This document shows positions 18,101 through 28,624 of a stretch of 64,000 nucleotides of DNA, piece after piece. The translations under genes were made by a program, and so were the position numbers. How positions within the stretch are numbered: position 1 is the first letter of the stretch; every line of letters begins with the position of its first letter. The stretch comes from Candidatus Latescibacterota bacterium (GTDB taxonomy: Bacteria; Latescibacterota; UBA2968; UBA8231), in NCBI GenBank assembly GCA_965203175.1, contig OZ241867.1, forward strand, positions 5,088,001 to 5,152,000, written 5' to 3'. A model generated the notes under the pieces. The model was not told the DNA's origin. It saw nothing but the letters and a program-made list of their open reading frames with translations, and did no database searches.

Positions 18101-21100
18101 GAACACGCTGAGGCCCTGTTCCGGGCTGAACCAGCCGGTACCGGCGGCCTCCCGCCGCTGGGCAATCCGCTCCCGCTGCTCCTCGGCCTCACCGAGTCCA
18201 GACCATGCTCCCCAAGCGATGGCCTGTCCGGGAAGCCCCAGCGCGCGCCGGTGGGCGGCGAGTTGATCGAGGAAGGCGTTGGCCGCCGCGTGGTTCGCCT
18301 GGCCCGGATTGCCCAAAATCCCGGCCACGCTCGAGAACAGAACAAAGAGGTCCAGGTCGCAGTCGGCGGTCGCCCGGTGCAGATGCCAGGCACCGAGGAC
18401 CTTCGGCCACACAACCTGCTCGAACCGCTCCCAGTCCTGATTGGCCAGTGAAGCATCCGCCAGCACGCCCACGCTGTGGATTACGCCTCCAAGCGGCGGC
18501 AACTCCCCTTTAATCCGCTCGAGCATTCCGTCCACCGCGTCGGCATCTGTCACATCGGCCAGTTCCACCTGCACCGTGACTCCGCGTTCCTTGAGCGCGC
18601 CGATCGTTTCCTCCACGGCCGCGTCTGGAGCCCGCCGACCGTTCAATACGATCGCCCCCGCTCCCCGCTCTGCCAGCCAGCCAGCCAGGGCGCACCCGAT
18701 CCCGCCCAAGCCGCCGGTCACCAAGTAGGTTCGGTCCTGCCGCAGCCGACCCTCCACGAGCGATGGTGCGGTAAGTACGATCTTGCCAATGTGCCGGGCA
18801 TCGCGCATGAATTCCATCGCGGCTCCCGCCTCGGCCAGTGGCCACCTGCTGTGGATCAGGGGCTTCAACTCTCCGGCCCCCAGTTGTTCCATCACGTTCC
18901 GGAGCGCCGCTCCCGGTCGCTCTGGGTCTTGTTCCTTCAGGACATCCAACTCCAAGATGGAGTAGCCCACGTCTGGCCGCGCAGCCGCCATTTCCTCCTC
19001 GCTCAGGATGTCGCGCCTGGCCAATTCCACGAATCGACCGCCGTGCCTGAGGCAGGACAGACTCGCTTCGATGAAGCCCTCTCCTGTAAGGCTGTTCAGC
19101 ACCACGTCCACACCCGCGCCGTCCGTGGCTTCGAGGATCTCCCTGCCGAAGTTCGTCGTGCGGCTGTCGAAAATGTGTTTCACGCCGAGCGATCGGAGAT
19201 ACGCCTGTTTCGGCGCGCTCGCGGTGGCAAAAACCTCCGCGCCGGCGACCTGCGCCAACTGGACAGCCGCGAGCCCGACGCCTCCCGCGGCCGCGTGAAT
19301 GAGCACCCCTTCGCCGGCCTTCAGCCCTGCAAGATCAAAGGACAGCGCCGCGGTCACGAACACGGTGGGCATTGTGGCGAGGGCAGCGACCGGAATCCCC
19401 GCAGGCGCGAGCGCCACCAGTTCCTCCCTCGTCACCACTTCCGGTCCGAATGTGCCGAATGCCAGGCCGACCACGCGGTCGCCCACGGAGACGGTGGAGG
19501 TCTCGGAACCGACCTCGACGATCCGGCCGCACATCTCCTCGCCCATCAGGCCTTCACCGACTAGGCCCATGCCCCGAAACACGTCGAGGAAGTTCAGCCC
19601 GCGGGCTTCGACCGCGACGCGAACTTCCTTCGGCTCCAAGGAACGCGCTGGCAACGGCTTGACTTGAAGCTCTCCTAGGGAGCCGCCGGCGTCTGGTGCC
19701 AACAGCCAGTCCGACCCCTCCGGCAAGGCAAGGTGCGCCGAGGCCCGAACCAGGCGGGCCACCCGGCGGTGCCCGGCCCGGTACGCGATTTGCGTCTCCG
19801 GGTCGGGAAACAGCAATTCCTCCGAGAAGTCGGCCGGCAGCTCCGTCTCCTCGGGGTCGAGATCGATCATCTTCGGATTCATCTGCGCCGCTTCCCTAAC
19901 CACCACCCTGCCGAAACCCCACAACGTCGCACCGGCGAGCTGCCCTGCGCGCTCCCGTTCCAGAACCTGCGCGCCCTGCGTGACGAACCACATGCCCTTC
20001 GCGGGGGTCAGATCGGCATCGATCACGCCCTGCGTCAGCGCCAGCGCGCTCGCCGCCGCTCGTCTCGCATCCTCTCCCATTTCCTCCGCAGTCGCCCGTG
20101 CCCCGTGACCGTCCAGCGCCGCAAGATGGACTATACCACCGAGCGGCACATCGCCGGGCAGCTCATCCAGAAGGATCCGCCACGACTCGCGCTGATCCAT
20201 CTCCACGGCTCTTCTGACGACTCCGGTCGCGTCGTGCGCGGATCCCCCGTTCCCCGGCGATTCCCCGCCCGCCAGCACGACCGTCTGGTTCCGCGCCGCG
20301 AGTTGATCCGCCAGCGCCGTCGCCACACCGCCCTGGTCCGATGCGAGAACCCATGCGGCCGGCGGCAGGACCACCTCCACCGGTCCCTGCGCCACGATCA
20401 CGCCCCGGTCGGGCAACCCAGCGGACTCGGACTCATCGACTCCGAGGATTTGGACATCGCCGAAACCCACGTCGCCGAGCGCTTGCCGCCACACGTCGGG
20501 CCCTGCCAAGGCGTGGTCCGAGCGGTAGCGATCGGCGAATCGCCACCAGCCGTCGAGTTGTCCGAAAATCAGATCCATCCAACCTCTGCCACGCTGGTTC
20601 TCCAGCGCCACGAGCTGTCCCGCCGGTGCCAGCAGCTCCCGGCAGTGCATCAGCGTCTCGTCGAGATACTGCGTCGCATGCAGCACGTTAGCGGCAATCA
20701 CCAAGTCATAACCGTGGGAGTCAAAGCCCTGAGCCTCCGGATCCTTCTCTATATCCAAGACGCGGTATTCGATCGGCACATCCGCTTGGCTGAAACGCCC
20801 CTCCGCGTCCGCGAAGAAGCCCGCGGAGATGTCGGTGTACGTGTAGTCGAACTGCCTAGCCGGAAATCCGGGCAGGATGCACTCGGTCGCCGACCCGATG
20901 CCCGCGCCAACCTCTAGCACCCTGAGCCGCCGTCCGTCGGGCAACCCGGCCGCGATATTCTGCACCACCTCTCCCAACATCTGGTTCGCGGCTTTCCACA
21001 CCGGTGCCCTCCGATACAGGTCGGCAGCCTGCGGTTCCGCGTCACCGAACAGCAGCGACAGCGGATCCTCACGGCCGCGAAGTACCTCCACCAGCGCCCC

Positions 21101-24100
21101 GGCGCATCGCCGGAAGAGCCCGATCTCGTTCGTACCGTGCGAGTAACGTCCGCTCATGCCGGTGGCATACTCCTCGGGATCTTGCGGCATTGTTTCCGGC
21201 AACGGATCTTCCGCCCCGACCGCCACCACGAAGCCCTCGCCCGTCGCCTCCAGCACGCCCGACCTGGCCAGTATTTCGAGAATCCGGCGGAACAACTGCG
21301 AGTGGATCGGCAAGACCTCCAGGTCCTGCCGCAAGCCCTCAGAGTCCACGGCGGTGCCCGTCCTGCGCTGCCAACCCAGCTTTTCCAGGGTCGAGAGCGC
21401 ATAGGACCACGCCAGCCGCTCCAGGTCGGCTTGCAGATCGGCCTCTTCTTCGACTCCGACTCCTTCGGTGGTTAGGTAGCGGGAGAAAGGTTCCGAGAGA
21501 GGAACCATGTCTGACGGGCTTGTGAGGAAATCGGCGGACGGCATTCCCGGCGCAAGGACGCCGTCCCGCCACACCACCTCGTACAGGAGTTCGTCCAGCC
21601 CTTCCACTGCCGAGAGCATCGCCTCCCGGGTCGCCCGCTTCACTGCGTATCCGCTCAACTCACCGACCAGAACCCCGTTCGAATCGTAAATGCCCAGATC
21701 TCCGGCCAAAACCTCCGACGGCTCGTCCGCTTCTTCCCCTCGTGGATCCTCCCTCAGACGCACGTGGCAAATCAGCCGATCCGGTAGCCGGTCCTGCAGC
21801 CACAGCCGTTCCCAAGCGAACGGCAGATAGGTGATTCCGCCTTCGATTTTGCCCGAATTGCGCGCCGCAGCCAGAACCTGAAAACAACCGTCTAGCAGCA
21901 GCGGATGTACATCGAGTTCGCTAGGCCCAAGCGCTTCTGGGAAAGACACTTCACCCAACGCCTCGCCCGGCCGGGACCAAACCGCGGCCAGCGTGCGGAA
22001 TCGCGGACCGAGATCGATACCCACCTCGGCCTTGGCGCGGTAGAAAGCCGGCACATCCACCGGTGACAGGCTGGCCTTGAGACTTTCTATATCCAAGCGC
22101 GGTTCGGCTTCCGGGCCTCGGGAGTCCGCCGCGATCTGAGCCTCGGCGTGCAGCGTCCATTCCTCCCCATCCTCTCCTCTGCTGAGGATCTGCACTCGAC
22201 GCGACGCCCCCTCCTCGGAGCGGTCGAGCAAAACCTGCACCTTCCGGCCTTCTTCGCCGCTCCCGTCTTCCTCCTCCGAAAAGATCAGCGGATTGTGCAG
22301 TTGCATGTCCTCCACTGCCAGCGAGCCAGCCTCGGCCGCGGATGCCAATGTCGCCATGGCTCCGTAGAGCGCCCCCGGCACCACGAGCCGGCCGAACACC
22401 CGGTGATCGTTCAGCCACTCCGGATCCGCGGGAAACACTTCCGTCTCAAAGGTGATCTCCCCGCTGGCGGATTCGTGCCGGTCTCCGAGCAACGGGTGGC
22501 CAGTGCTCGTCCGCCGCCGCTTCGGTGCCTCAATCCAGTGACGCCGGCGCTGGAACGGATAATCCGGCAGTGCCACCCGGCGTCGGGTCTCCCCAGCGAA
22601 CAACCCGGCAAAGGACAGCGCAAGACCCGCCTCGTATGCTCCTGCGACCGCCTCGCTAAACGCGCGATCCGCTTCTTCTTGCGACACCCTAGACGAGGGG
22701 CGCAACTGGCTCGACAGCGCAACTGGCGGCCCGCTGCCATCGCCCGAGCTCGGCCACGCCAAGGTCGCCATCGAACCCAGCACTGCGTGCGGCCCAACCT
22801 CAATGATCAGATCAATACCCAACTCCACCAGCGTCTCCATGCTCGGAGCAAACGCCACCGGCTCCCGCGTGTGCTTGCACCAATACGCACCATCCAGCAG
22901 TCCATCCGATTCCAACACCCGCCCCGTCACATTGCTCACCAGCGTCAGCGACGGAGGCGCAATCTCCATCTCTGCGACTACAGCTTCCAACCCGTCCAAC
23001 ATTGGCTCCACCAACGGACTGTGGAAGGCATTGTTGGTGTGCAAGCGGTTGACCCGAATGTCCTCCGCGAGAAAGCGCTCCTCAATCGCCGCCACTTCTT
23101 CCTCCGGGCCGCTCACGACCTGATGCGCCCCATTGTAGGCCGCAATGCTCAGCCCCACCCCTGTGGACGCAGCGTTCAACTCATCAATCGCCGCTTCTAC
23201 TTGCGGCACGTCCGCAAAAATCGCCGCCATAGCCCCTTGCGGCAGTTTGGCCGTCAGTTCGCCTCTCGCCGAGGCAAACCGCACCCCTTCCTCCAAGCCA
23301 AACACCCCCGCCGCTTGCGCCGCCGCCAGTTCCCCAAGACTGTGTCCAAGCACTGCGCTGGGACGAACACCCACGCTCTCCCACAGCGCCGTCAGCGCGC
23401 ACTCCAGCGCAAAAATGGCCGGCTGCGTCCACTCCTGATCTGACAAATCACCGGCCCGACCAAACATCACATCGAGCAACGAGACGCCGCGGTCTTCCCG
23501 CAACGCGGCATCGCAGCGATCCAGCACCGCCCGCACCACCGGCTCGCTGCGGTACAGCTTCTCGCCCATGCCGACCCAATGGCTGCCCTGCCCGGTATAT
23601 ACAAACGCCACTTTGGACGGCGCGGGCGGGGCCGGTCCTGCGCCTGCTTCTACAATCGCACTCAGCCCCTCGCGCAGGGACTCTACATCGCCGAACACGA
23701 CACCGGCCCGGTGCGCGAAGTGACTGCGTCCGACGCCGGCGGTCCAGGCCATGTCCGCAAGCACCGTCTGCGAAGAAAGCTCCCCGGCGCGCTCGTCGAG
23801 CCACGACAGGTACCGCCCTGCCAGATCCCTGAGCGCCTGATCCGATCTGCCCGACAGCGGCAGGAACCGGGTCTCCCGCGGACCGGACTCTCCCTCCGAC
23901 AACGGCAGGCCGGCGAGCGTCTCGGGAAGAGAAACCGCAACCTGCAGACCGGAACCCTCGGGCGAGTGCCTCTCACCGCCCACGGTGGAATCGCCATCTG
24001 GAGTTCCGTACCCCTCCACCACGACGTGCGCATTCGTGCCCGACCACCCAAACCCGCTCACGCCCGCAGTCGGGGGGCGGTCGGCATGGAGCGGCCAAGT

Positions 24101-25342
24101 CATCTGCTCAGAGGTGACTCGCAGCGGCAGCCGGTCCCAGTCCATCTGCGGGTTCGGCTCGTGGAAGTGGAGGTGCTTGGGAATCACTCCCCGCTGCATC
24201 GCCAGCACCGCCTTGATCAGCGCGGCGACTCCGGCCGCGGACTCGAGGTGCCCGATGTTCGTCTTCACCGAGCCGATCAGCAGAGGACGATCCATCTCGC
24301 GTCCCTTGCCGTAAGCGGCCGCCGCGGCCTCCACTTCGATCGGGTCTCCCACCTCCGTTCCCGTGCCGTGCGCTTCGAGGTAGTCCACATCCGTAGACAG
24401 GACCCCCGCACGAGACAATGCCTCCCCGATCACCACCTCCTGCGCGGCCGCACTCGGCACTGTCAGCCCCGGGGTCGCCCCATCCTGGTTGACCGCCGAG
24501 CCGCGGATCACCCCCCAGATGCGGTCGCCGTCCGCCTCCGCCTGACGCAGGTGCTTGAGGACCACGATTCCACAGCCTTCACCCCGCACGTACCCGTTTG
24601 CCGCGGCGTCGAAGGTCTTGCATCGCCCGTCCGGTGCCAGCATCCCAGCCTTCCCGCGCAGCTCCGAAAGCCGTCCCGACAGGATCAGGTGAACGCCCCC
24701 GGCGAGGGCGAGATCCGCTTCCCCCCGCTGCAGAGCAGATGCCGCTTGGTGTATGGCCACCAGCGATGACGAACAGGCGGTGTCCAGCGCCATCGCCGGT
24801 CCCTCCAGATCCAGTGCAAAGGCGACCCGCCCGATGGCCGTGTTGAAGGAGGTTCCGCTGACCGCATAGAGGCTAGCGGCCGGCTCAGTGATCTCCCTGC
24901 CAGCCATGATCAGACTGCGGTAATCGTGATTGCTGATCCCGGCATACACTCCGGTGCGGCTGCCTCTCAGGCGGTCGGGATCCATCCCCGCGTCCTCCAG
25001 GGCCCGCCAGCTCGTCTCCAGCATCAATCTCTGCTGCGGATCCAGCAGGTCCGCCTCGACCGGGGAAATTCGGAAGAAGGCGGCATCGAACAGGTCGATC
25101 CTGTCGAGGTAACCACCAAACCGGCAGGCCTCGCTCTGAATCTCGGGGTCCGGGAATAGCTCTCCAACGCGCCCGACCCCAGAGCCAGGAACGCCCTCTG
25201 TCACGGCGTTCTCGCCGGCTGCGAGCAGACGCCAGAACGCCGCAAGGTCCTCCGCGCCGGGGAACCGGCACGCCATCCCCACGATCGCTATCGGCTGTGT
25301 GGACGGAGAAAGCTGTTCATTGGAAGAATCGAATGGTTTCAT
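15134..25342 (-). CDS. supA: SupA-type type I PKS/FAS: KS-AT-DH-cMT-ER-KR-ACP-KS-AT(inactive)
   Basis: KS1 DTACSSS/HGTGT/GHLE; AT1 GHSLG and NAFH; [12 protein letters not shown]; [10 protein letters not shown]; [11 protein letters not shown]; KR GGLGGIG; ACP LGIDSL; KS2 ELNCASS; AT2 GQGLG. Matches the sponge-symbiont ubiquitous PKS architecture. Confidence 0.93.
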   Translation of the reverse strand: MKPFDSSNEQLSPSTQPIAIVGMACRFPGAEDLAAFWRLLAAGENAVTEGVPGSGVGRVGELFPDPEIQSEACRFGGYLDRIDLFDAAFFRISPVEADLLDPQQRLMLETSWRALEDAGMDPDRLRGSRTGVYAGISNHDYRSLIMAGREITEPAASLYAVSGTSFNTAIGRVAFALDLEGPAMALDTACSSSLVAIHQAASALQRGEADLALAGGVHLILSGRLSELRGKAGMLAPDGRCKTFDAAANGYVRGEGCGIVVLKHLRQAEADGDRIWGVIRGSAVNQDGATPGLTVPSAAAQEVVIGEALSRAGVLSTDVDYLEAHGTGTEVGDPIEVEAAAAAYGKGREMDRPLLIGSVKTNIGHLESAAGVAALIKAVLAMQRGVIPKHLHFHEPNPQMDWDRLPLRVTSEQMTWPLHADRPPTAGVSGFGWSGTNAHVVVEGYGTPDGDSTVGGERHSPEGSGLQVAVSLPETLAGLPLSEGESGPRETRFLPLSGRSDQALRDLAGRYLSWLDERAGELSSQTVLADMAWTAGVGRSHFAHRAGVVFGDVESLREGLSAIVEAGAGPAPPAPSKVAFVYTGQGSHWVGMGEKLYRSEPVVRAVLDRCDAALREDRGVSLLDVMFGRAGDLSDQEWTQPAIFALECALTALWESVGVRPSAVLGHSLGELAAAQAAGVFGLEEGVRFASARGELTAKLPQGAMAAIFADVPQVEAAIDELNAASTGVGLSIAAYNGAHQVVSGPEEEVAAIEERFLAEDIRVNRLHTNNAFHSPLVEPMLDGLEAVVAEMEIAPPSLTLVSNVTGRVLESDGLLDGAYWCKHTREPVAFAPSMETLVELGIDLIIEVGPHAVLGSMATLAWPSSGDGSGPPVALSSQLRPSSRVSQEEADRAFSEAVAGAYEAGLALSFAGLFAGETRRRVALPDYPFQRRRHWIEAPKRRRTSTGHPLLGDRHESASGEITFETEVFPADPEWLNDHRVFGRLVVPGALYGAMATLASAAEAGSLAVEDMQLHNPLIFSEEEDGSGEEGRKVQVLLDRSEEGASRRVQILSRGEDGEEWTLHAEAQIAADSRGPEAEPRLDIESLKASLSPVDVPAFYRAKAEVGIDLGPRFRTLAAVWSRPGEALGEVSFPEALGPSELDVHPLLLDGCFQVLAAARNSGKIEGGITYLPFAWERLWLQDRLPDRLICHVRLREDPRGEEADEPSEVLAGDLGIYDSNGVLVGELSGYAVKRATREAMLSAVEGLDELLYEVVWRDGVLAPGMPSADFLTSPSDMVPLSEPFSRYLTTEGVGVEEEADLQADLERLAWSYALSTLEKLGWQRRTGTAVDSEGLRQDLEVLPIHSQLFRRILEILARSGVLEATGEGFVVAVGAEDPLPETMPQDPEEYATGMSGRYSHGTNEIGLFRRCAGALVEVLRGREDPLSLLFGDAEPQAADLYRRAPVWKAANQMLGEVVQNIAAGLPDGRRLRVLEVGAGIGSATECILPGFPARQFDYTYTDISAGFFADAEGRFSQADVPIEYRVLDIEKDPEAQGFDSHGYDLVIAANVLHATQYLDETLMHCRELLAPAGQLVALENQRGRGWMDLIFGQLDGWWRFADRYRSDHALAGPDVWRQALGDVGFGDVQILGVDESESAGLPDRGVIVAQGPVEVVLPPAAWVLASDQGGVATALADQLAARNQTVVLAGGESPGNGGSAHDATGVVRRAVEMDQRESWRILLDELPGDVPLGGIVHLAALDGHGARATAEEMGEDARRAAASALALTQGVIDADLTPAKGMWFVTQGAQVLERERAGQLAGATLWGFGRVVVREAAQMNPKMIDLDPEETELPADFSEELLFPDPETQIAYRAGHRRVARLVRASAHLALPEGSDWLLAPDAGGSLGELQVKPLPARSLEPKEVRVAVEARGLNFLDVFRGMGLVGEGLMGEEMCGRIVEVGSETSTVSVGDRVVGLAFGTFGPEVVTREELVALAPAGIPVAALATMPTVFVTAALSFDLAGLKAGEGVLIHAAAGGVGLAAVQLAQVAGAEVFATASAPKQAYLRSLGVKHIFDSRTTNFGREILEATDGAGVDVVLNSLTGEGFIEASLSCLRHGGRFVELARRDILSEEEMAAARPDVGYSILELDVLKEQDPERPGAALRNVMEQLGAGELKPLIHSRWPLAEAGAAMEFMRDARHIGKIVLTAPSLVEGRLRQDRTYLVTGGLGGIGCALAGWLAERGAGAIVLNGRRAPDAAVEETIGALKERGVTVQVELADVTDADAVDGMLERIKGELPPLGGVIHSVGVLADASLANQDWERFEQVVWPKVLGAWHLHRATADCDLDLFVLFSSVAGILGNPGQANHAAANAFLDQLAAHRRALGLPGQAIAWGAWSGLGEAEEQRERIAQRREAAGTGWFSPEQGLSVFDRLLREDPTTAVVLAADWSVFGEAIEGRPSLFEDLLPAAEDASADSLGTAEDLLSQLGAAPAEAREELLVSFLQQEVQAVLRLPAAPEPAVGFFDLGIDSLMAVELRNRLNRAFSGEYVASNTVVFDYPDIAALARHLAGELGDVSGTPAVQTQPEQPEQPSAVQREDDGIAIVGMACRFPGAPDLPAFWRQLEAGAEAVTDGRWNSGSGSAAELSGEYAPYRRGGFVEGIDQFDGRFFRIAPIEARGMDPQQRLLLETSWQALEDAGIEADGLRGSRTGVYAGVATSEYRDLMTAGECDVSYLGTAGSMTVGRVSFVLGLEGPTMPVELNCASSLVAVHQAVTALRQGEVDLALVGGVNAVLSPGLTREMAELGMLSPGGRCNTFDASADGFVRGEGCGMVVLRRLGDAEAAGDRIWGLIRGSAVNQNGATAGPTVPNGPAQERVIEQALSRAGVPPSEVDYLEAHGAGSALGDPIEVQAAAAVYGRGREEDRPLLIGSVKTNIGHLETAAGVAGLIKTVLAMKRGLIPRQLHFRDPNPHLDWERLPVRVTAEDTDWPLRPDRPPKAAVSAFGVSGTNAHVVVEGYEAADGAALPAGSAQPIVASLPEPVADLPLSEEGFTGRGMRFLPLSGKEDGALRDLARQYSSWLDERSAELSSEGTAETMLADMAWTAGVGRSHFDYRAGVVFGDVASLRDGLKMLAEVEERPQPMAATKVAFAYTGEGSQWVGMGQALYECEPVVRAVLDRCDAILREERGASLLDAMFGRADSAGALDDPAWTQPAMYALECALTALWSSVGIRPSAVVGQGLGELAAAQAAGVFGLEEGLRLAVARGAEEDLEGIKVAPPALTLVSSVTGRLVESGDALDEAYWQRQARESVAFDRCVEALAELGVQVVVEIGPDAVLGPKIASSDGAGMPVVLSSLVGASQGDNGFVAAVAGAYEAGLAVSFAGLFAGETRCRISLPSYPFQRRRHWIEARPTLSAGR

Positions 25343-25583
25343 GGTGTTTGTCAGCGCATCCTTTCTTAAGGAAAGTTATATGAAGTCTCTTGCATGCAGT
25401 CCGTAATGTCCAGCAAAACGCCTCTCGTTGGCTGCACCAGCTTAGGGACGATATCGCACCTTTTCTCATTTAATGTAATAGGTACGTTGAAGCCGGTCAT
25501 CCACAATATGTGGCGGAATTGCAGCCGAAGATAGCCCGTGGTACCTTACGCCGCTGGCCAACACAATCAGGAGATATACATCA

Positions 25584-26828
25584 ATGGCTAACAGAGTATT
25601 CCACGTCGCATTGCTTGTGGCGCTCGCAGCAGGATGCGGCGAGGACAAACCGCTCGGCTTTGAGGCGGGACCGCTCGGCTCAGTCGAAGTTGACTCAGGC
25701 GCGGCCGTGCAAGTGCGCCTCATGCTGCCGCTCGCGCTCACGGGCCTGCAGAATATTTCCGAGTCGATCCAGAAGGCTATCGAGTTAGCTATCGAGGATT
25801 ACGGCCCCATTCACGGTCGCGCCGTTGCGCTCGGACAGCCGGTAGATACCATGTGTTCAAGCGACGGCGGCAGCGAGGGTGCGCGTCAAATCGCTGCCGA
25901 CCCGCAAGTGGTAGGCGTCATCGGCCCGGCGTGTTCCGAAGCGTCGGTGGGAGCCTCGCCCGTGCTCAGCGCTGCAGGACTATCGATGATCTCACCGGCG
26001 AACGCATCGCCCGATCTCACGTCGGACCTCGCGGGCAACCCAGGACCAGACTACCATCCCGGCTACTTTCGCGTGTACAGCAACGGTCTCTATCAGGCCC
26101 AAGCAGTCGCCCATTTCGCCTATGACGAGTTGGGCTTGCGGCGAATGGCGACCATCCACGACGGCGACTCGGTCACGCACGGTCTCGCCACTGCCTTCGC
26201 CAATGCCTTCAGTATGCTCGGTGGCGAAGTCGTCGCCATCGCCACGGTCAACAAGGGCGACACGGACATGAACGCCGCGCTCGCGGATTTTGCGGTGGGT
26301 GAACCGGACGGCATTTTCCTCCCGCTGTTTGCCGCCGAGGGGTACCATCTCGTCAGCCAAGCGAAGGGGTTCGACGGGTTGGAAGAGGTAACGCTCATCG
26401 CCGGTTCTGCTACGAGCACGCAGGAATTTCTCGGGCAGCCGGAATCGGAAGGGGTCTATCTCTCGGGGCACGACTCGCATTTCGGCAGCAACGTCAACCA
26501 AGTGACCGGCAAGGACGTGAATGCGCTGTCGGCCGAGTACCAAGCTGCTACCGACGCCAACTTCTTTTTTCACGCCTACGACGCCACGACGCTACTGCTC
26601 AGCGCCGTCGAATCCGTTGCCGTAGAGGAAGACGGAAAGTTATACATAGACCGCGTCGCCCTGCGCGAGGAGATCAGAGCAACAACCGGCTTTCAGGGCA
26701 TTATCGGCACACTCACCTGCGACGAGTTCGGCGACTGCGGCACCGGGCGCGTGAACATCTACTACCACGCAGATTCGGGCATCACGGACGTCGCGCAGTT
26801 GCCGATAGAGTATCGGTTCGCGCCGTAA
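25584..26828 (+). CDS. LivJ/LivK-type solute-binding lipoprotein, copy 2
   Basis: Lipobox AAGC; paralog of 9474..10793 (LTSDLAGN...YHPGYFR, CDEFGDCGTG, AQLPI.Y.FAP). Confidence 0.9.
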   Translation: MANRVFHVALLVALAAGCGEDKPLGFEAGPLGSVEVDSGAAVQVRLMLPLALTGLQNISESIQKAIELAIEDYGPIHGRAVALGQPVDTMCSSDGGSEGARQIAADPQVVGVIGPACSEASVGASPVLSAAGLSMISPANASPDLTSDLAGNPGPDYHPGYFRVYSNGLYQAQAVAHFAYDELGLRRMATIHDGDSVTHGLATAFANAFSMLGGEVVAIATVNKGDTDMNAALADFAVGEPDGIFLPLFAAEGYHLVSQAKGFDGLEEVTLIAGSATSTQEFLGQPESEGVYLSGHDSHFGSNVNQVTGKDVNALSAEYQAATDANFFFHAYDATTLLLSAVESVAVEEDGKLYIDRVALREEIRATTGFQGIIGTLTCDEFGDCGTGRVNIYYHADSGITDVAQLPIEYRFAP

Positions 26829-26840
26829 GTTACGACGCTC

Positions 26841-28469
26841 CTAGGTGCTGTCACACCCCAACACCATCACCTCGCACTGGTGCAGCGTCGGCCACGGATC
26901 AGGTGTCTGCAAACCGTCGAGTTCTATGAGGACGAGATTTTCGCCGCGCTGGACGGGGATATTTTTCACTACGAGCCAAGCACCGAGCTCGTTTTCCAGC
27001 TTGGTGGCACCAGCGAGCGAGACGTCGCGACCATTAACCCGACAGAAAATGCGGTCCATGCAGTCTTCGTGATCCGTTAGGTGCAGGCGCAGCTCCGTGC
27101 CGAGGATACGGCCGTCGGCGAGGCCAGCTTCAATGTCGTCCTCGATGATGAGCGTCATCTCGTACCCAGGACCGCCGGTCGCGCGCGCCGGCATACTCAA
27201 GGCGCGGGGCACCTGCGGATAGTGGTCCCCAGGCGTGTGATGGACGACACCCCCCAAGGCAGAATCGGACACCGAATAGCTGCGGTCGCGGCGCGCCAAC
27301 CGCTCGGGATCGGCCAGGTCGGAGAGGAGATTGAGGTGGTCTTCATTGTACTCTTCCTCTTCAAAGGGCGAAGCGCGATGGTGCCGATAGTCGTAGTTGA
27401 AAATGTAAACGCCAGCGGCCCCCTGTTCGTACCCATTCAGCGCCACACCCCGCAGGACGGCAGGCACGCCGCGTTCGTACCCCTCGTGCGGCGAGGTCAG
27501 ATGCGTGGCACCGTCGAATCCCACGTAGATCGGTACCTTGCTCTCCTCAGCGCAGGCGACAGCCTCGGCGATGTCGATGCGGGCCGGGCAGTACGAGGCC
27601 GAGGACATCACGAACAAGTCTGCCACCGGCTCGCGGATCCAAGCCTGCGCGTCAATGCCAATGCCACGAGCCTCGGCGATACAAGGGGGCACCCGCGTCA
27701 GCAGCGAAATCGCCTTCCCCTTCTGCTCACTGTGGCGGCGCACTATGGCGTGGGCTTGGCGCATGAACTCGGTGAGGGTGTCGAGATTGTCGAGCAAGCG
27801 CCCGGGCCGGAAGTACGGAGGCCCGCGCATCCAATCGAGTTCGATGCCGTCGAAGTCGTAGCGCTCCAAGGTCTCATCGACGAGCCCTAAAAAGCGATTG
27901 CGCACCTCCTCCTGCTCGTAGTCCCATTGCCAGCAAAAATTCCAGCGGTCGGCACCGCCCGCGCGCGTCGGGGTCGGGGAGCCGATTAGCAAATCGGGCC
28001 GCGACTTCTTGTGGCGGCTGCGCACCTGCCACTCGCGCGCCTCGTCGGAAGTGTGAGCATCGTTCATGCGCATCGACGCAATCGCCGCGATGCCGTGCCG
28101 ACGACAACCGTTGATATAGATCTTCATCAGTTCGCGACCGTCGGCAATGACCGCGTCCATGCAGTTGTAAAGCTGTTCAAGGCGGTTGAGTTCAAAGCCA
28201 CCGGCCGTCATCTTGCGGATCGGCTTGCCATCGGCATCCACATCGGGATCGGGATCCCAGACTTCTGTGTCGTCTCCCCACATGGCCGAATGCGGACTGC
28301 CGCGCCAGACGACATCATCGTCAATCCCAATAAGTCCGGCGAGCGCGTCAACGCCGGCCGGGACCAGTTCGTCGAGTTGGTGGGTTACATCGTCGGGATT
28401 GCGGTCGGGCAGGTAGAAGAGCATCCAGTTGCCGTCGGTATTGAAAATCAGGCGCGGGAGTTTGGTCAT
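26841..28469 (-). CDS. Glycoside-hydrolase-like TIM-barrel protein (GHL10-like)
   Basis: IFNTDG, SMRMNDAH, YDFDGIELDWMR, GAAGVYIFNY. Confidence 0.7.
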   Translation of the reverse strand: MTKLPRLIFNTDGNWMLFYLPDRNPDDVTHQLDELVPAGVDALAGLIGIDDDVVWRGSPHSAMWGDDTEVWDPDPDVDADGKPIRKMTAGGFELNRLEQLYNCMDAVIADGRELMKIYINGCRRHGIAAIASMRMNDAHTSDEAREWQVRSRHKKSRPDLLIGSPTPTRAGGADRWNFCWQWDYEQEEVRNRFLGLVDETLERYDFDGIELDWMRGPPYFRPGRLLDNLDTLTEFMRQAHAIVRRHSEQKGKAISLLTRVPPCIAEARGIGIDAQAWIREPVADLFVMSSASYCPARIDIAEAVACAEESKVPIYVGFDGATHLTSPHEGYERGVPAVLRGVALNGYEQGAAGVYIFNYDYRHHRASPFEEEEYNEDHLNLLSDLADPERLARRDRSYSVSDSALGGVVHHTPGDHYPQVPRALSMPARATGGPGYEMTLIIEDDIEAGLADGRILGTELRLHLTDHEDCMDRIFCRVNGRDVSLAGATKLENELGAWLVVKNIPVQRGENLVLIELDGLQTPDPWPTLHQCEVMVLGCDST

Positions 28470-28624
28470 CGCGATCTCCGTTGTAGAATGCTGCGGCTGA
28501 AGAGGCGGAGGAAGGTAGCTTGCCCAGGATAGAGTGTCAACGAAGCGTCAAGCATGTCTTCCTTGACAGAGAGACTGCGAAAATTGAGCTTCACCTGCTC
28601 AAGCGAGAGCCCTGAGCCTGCATC

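Noticed and set aside
15134-24000. Similar DNA blocks in the two KS-AT regions as mobile repeats or a DGR template/variable pair
   Set aside because: Explained by domain paralogy within the PKS; there is no reverse transcriptase and I saw no adenine-specific mismatch pattern.
15115-25271. Many long plus-strand and alternate-frame ORFs over the PKS (and similar ones elsewhere in the window)
   Set aside because: These are shadow ORFs expected in GC-rich coding DNA; they lack motifs and RBSs.
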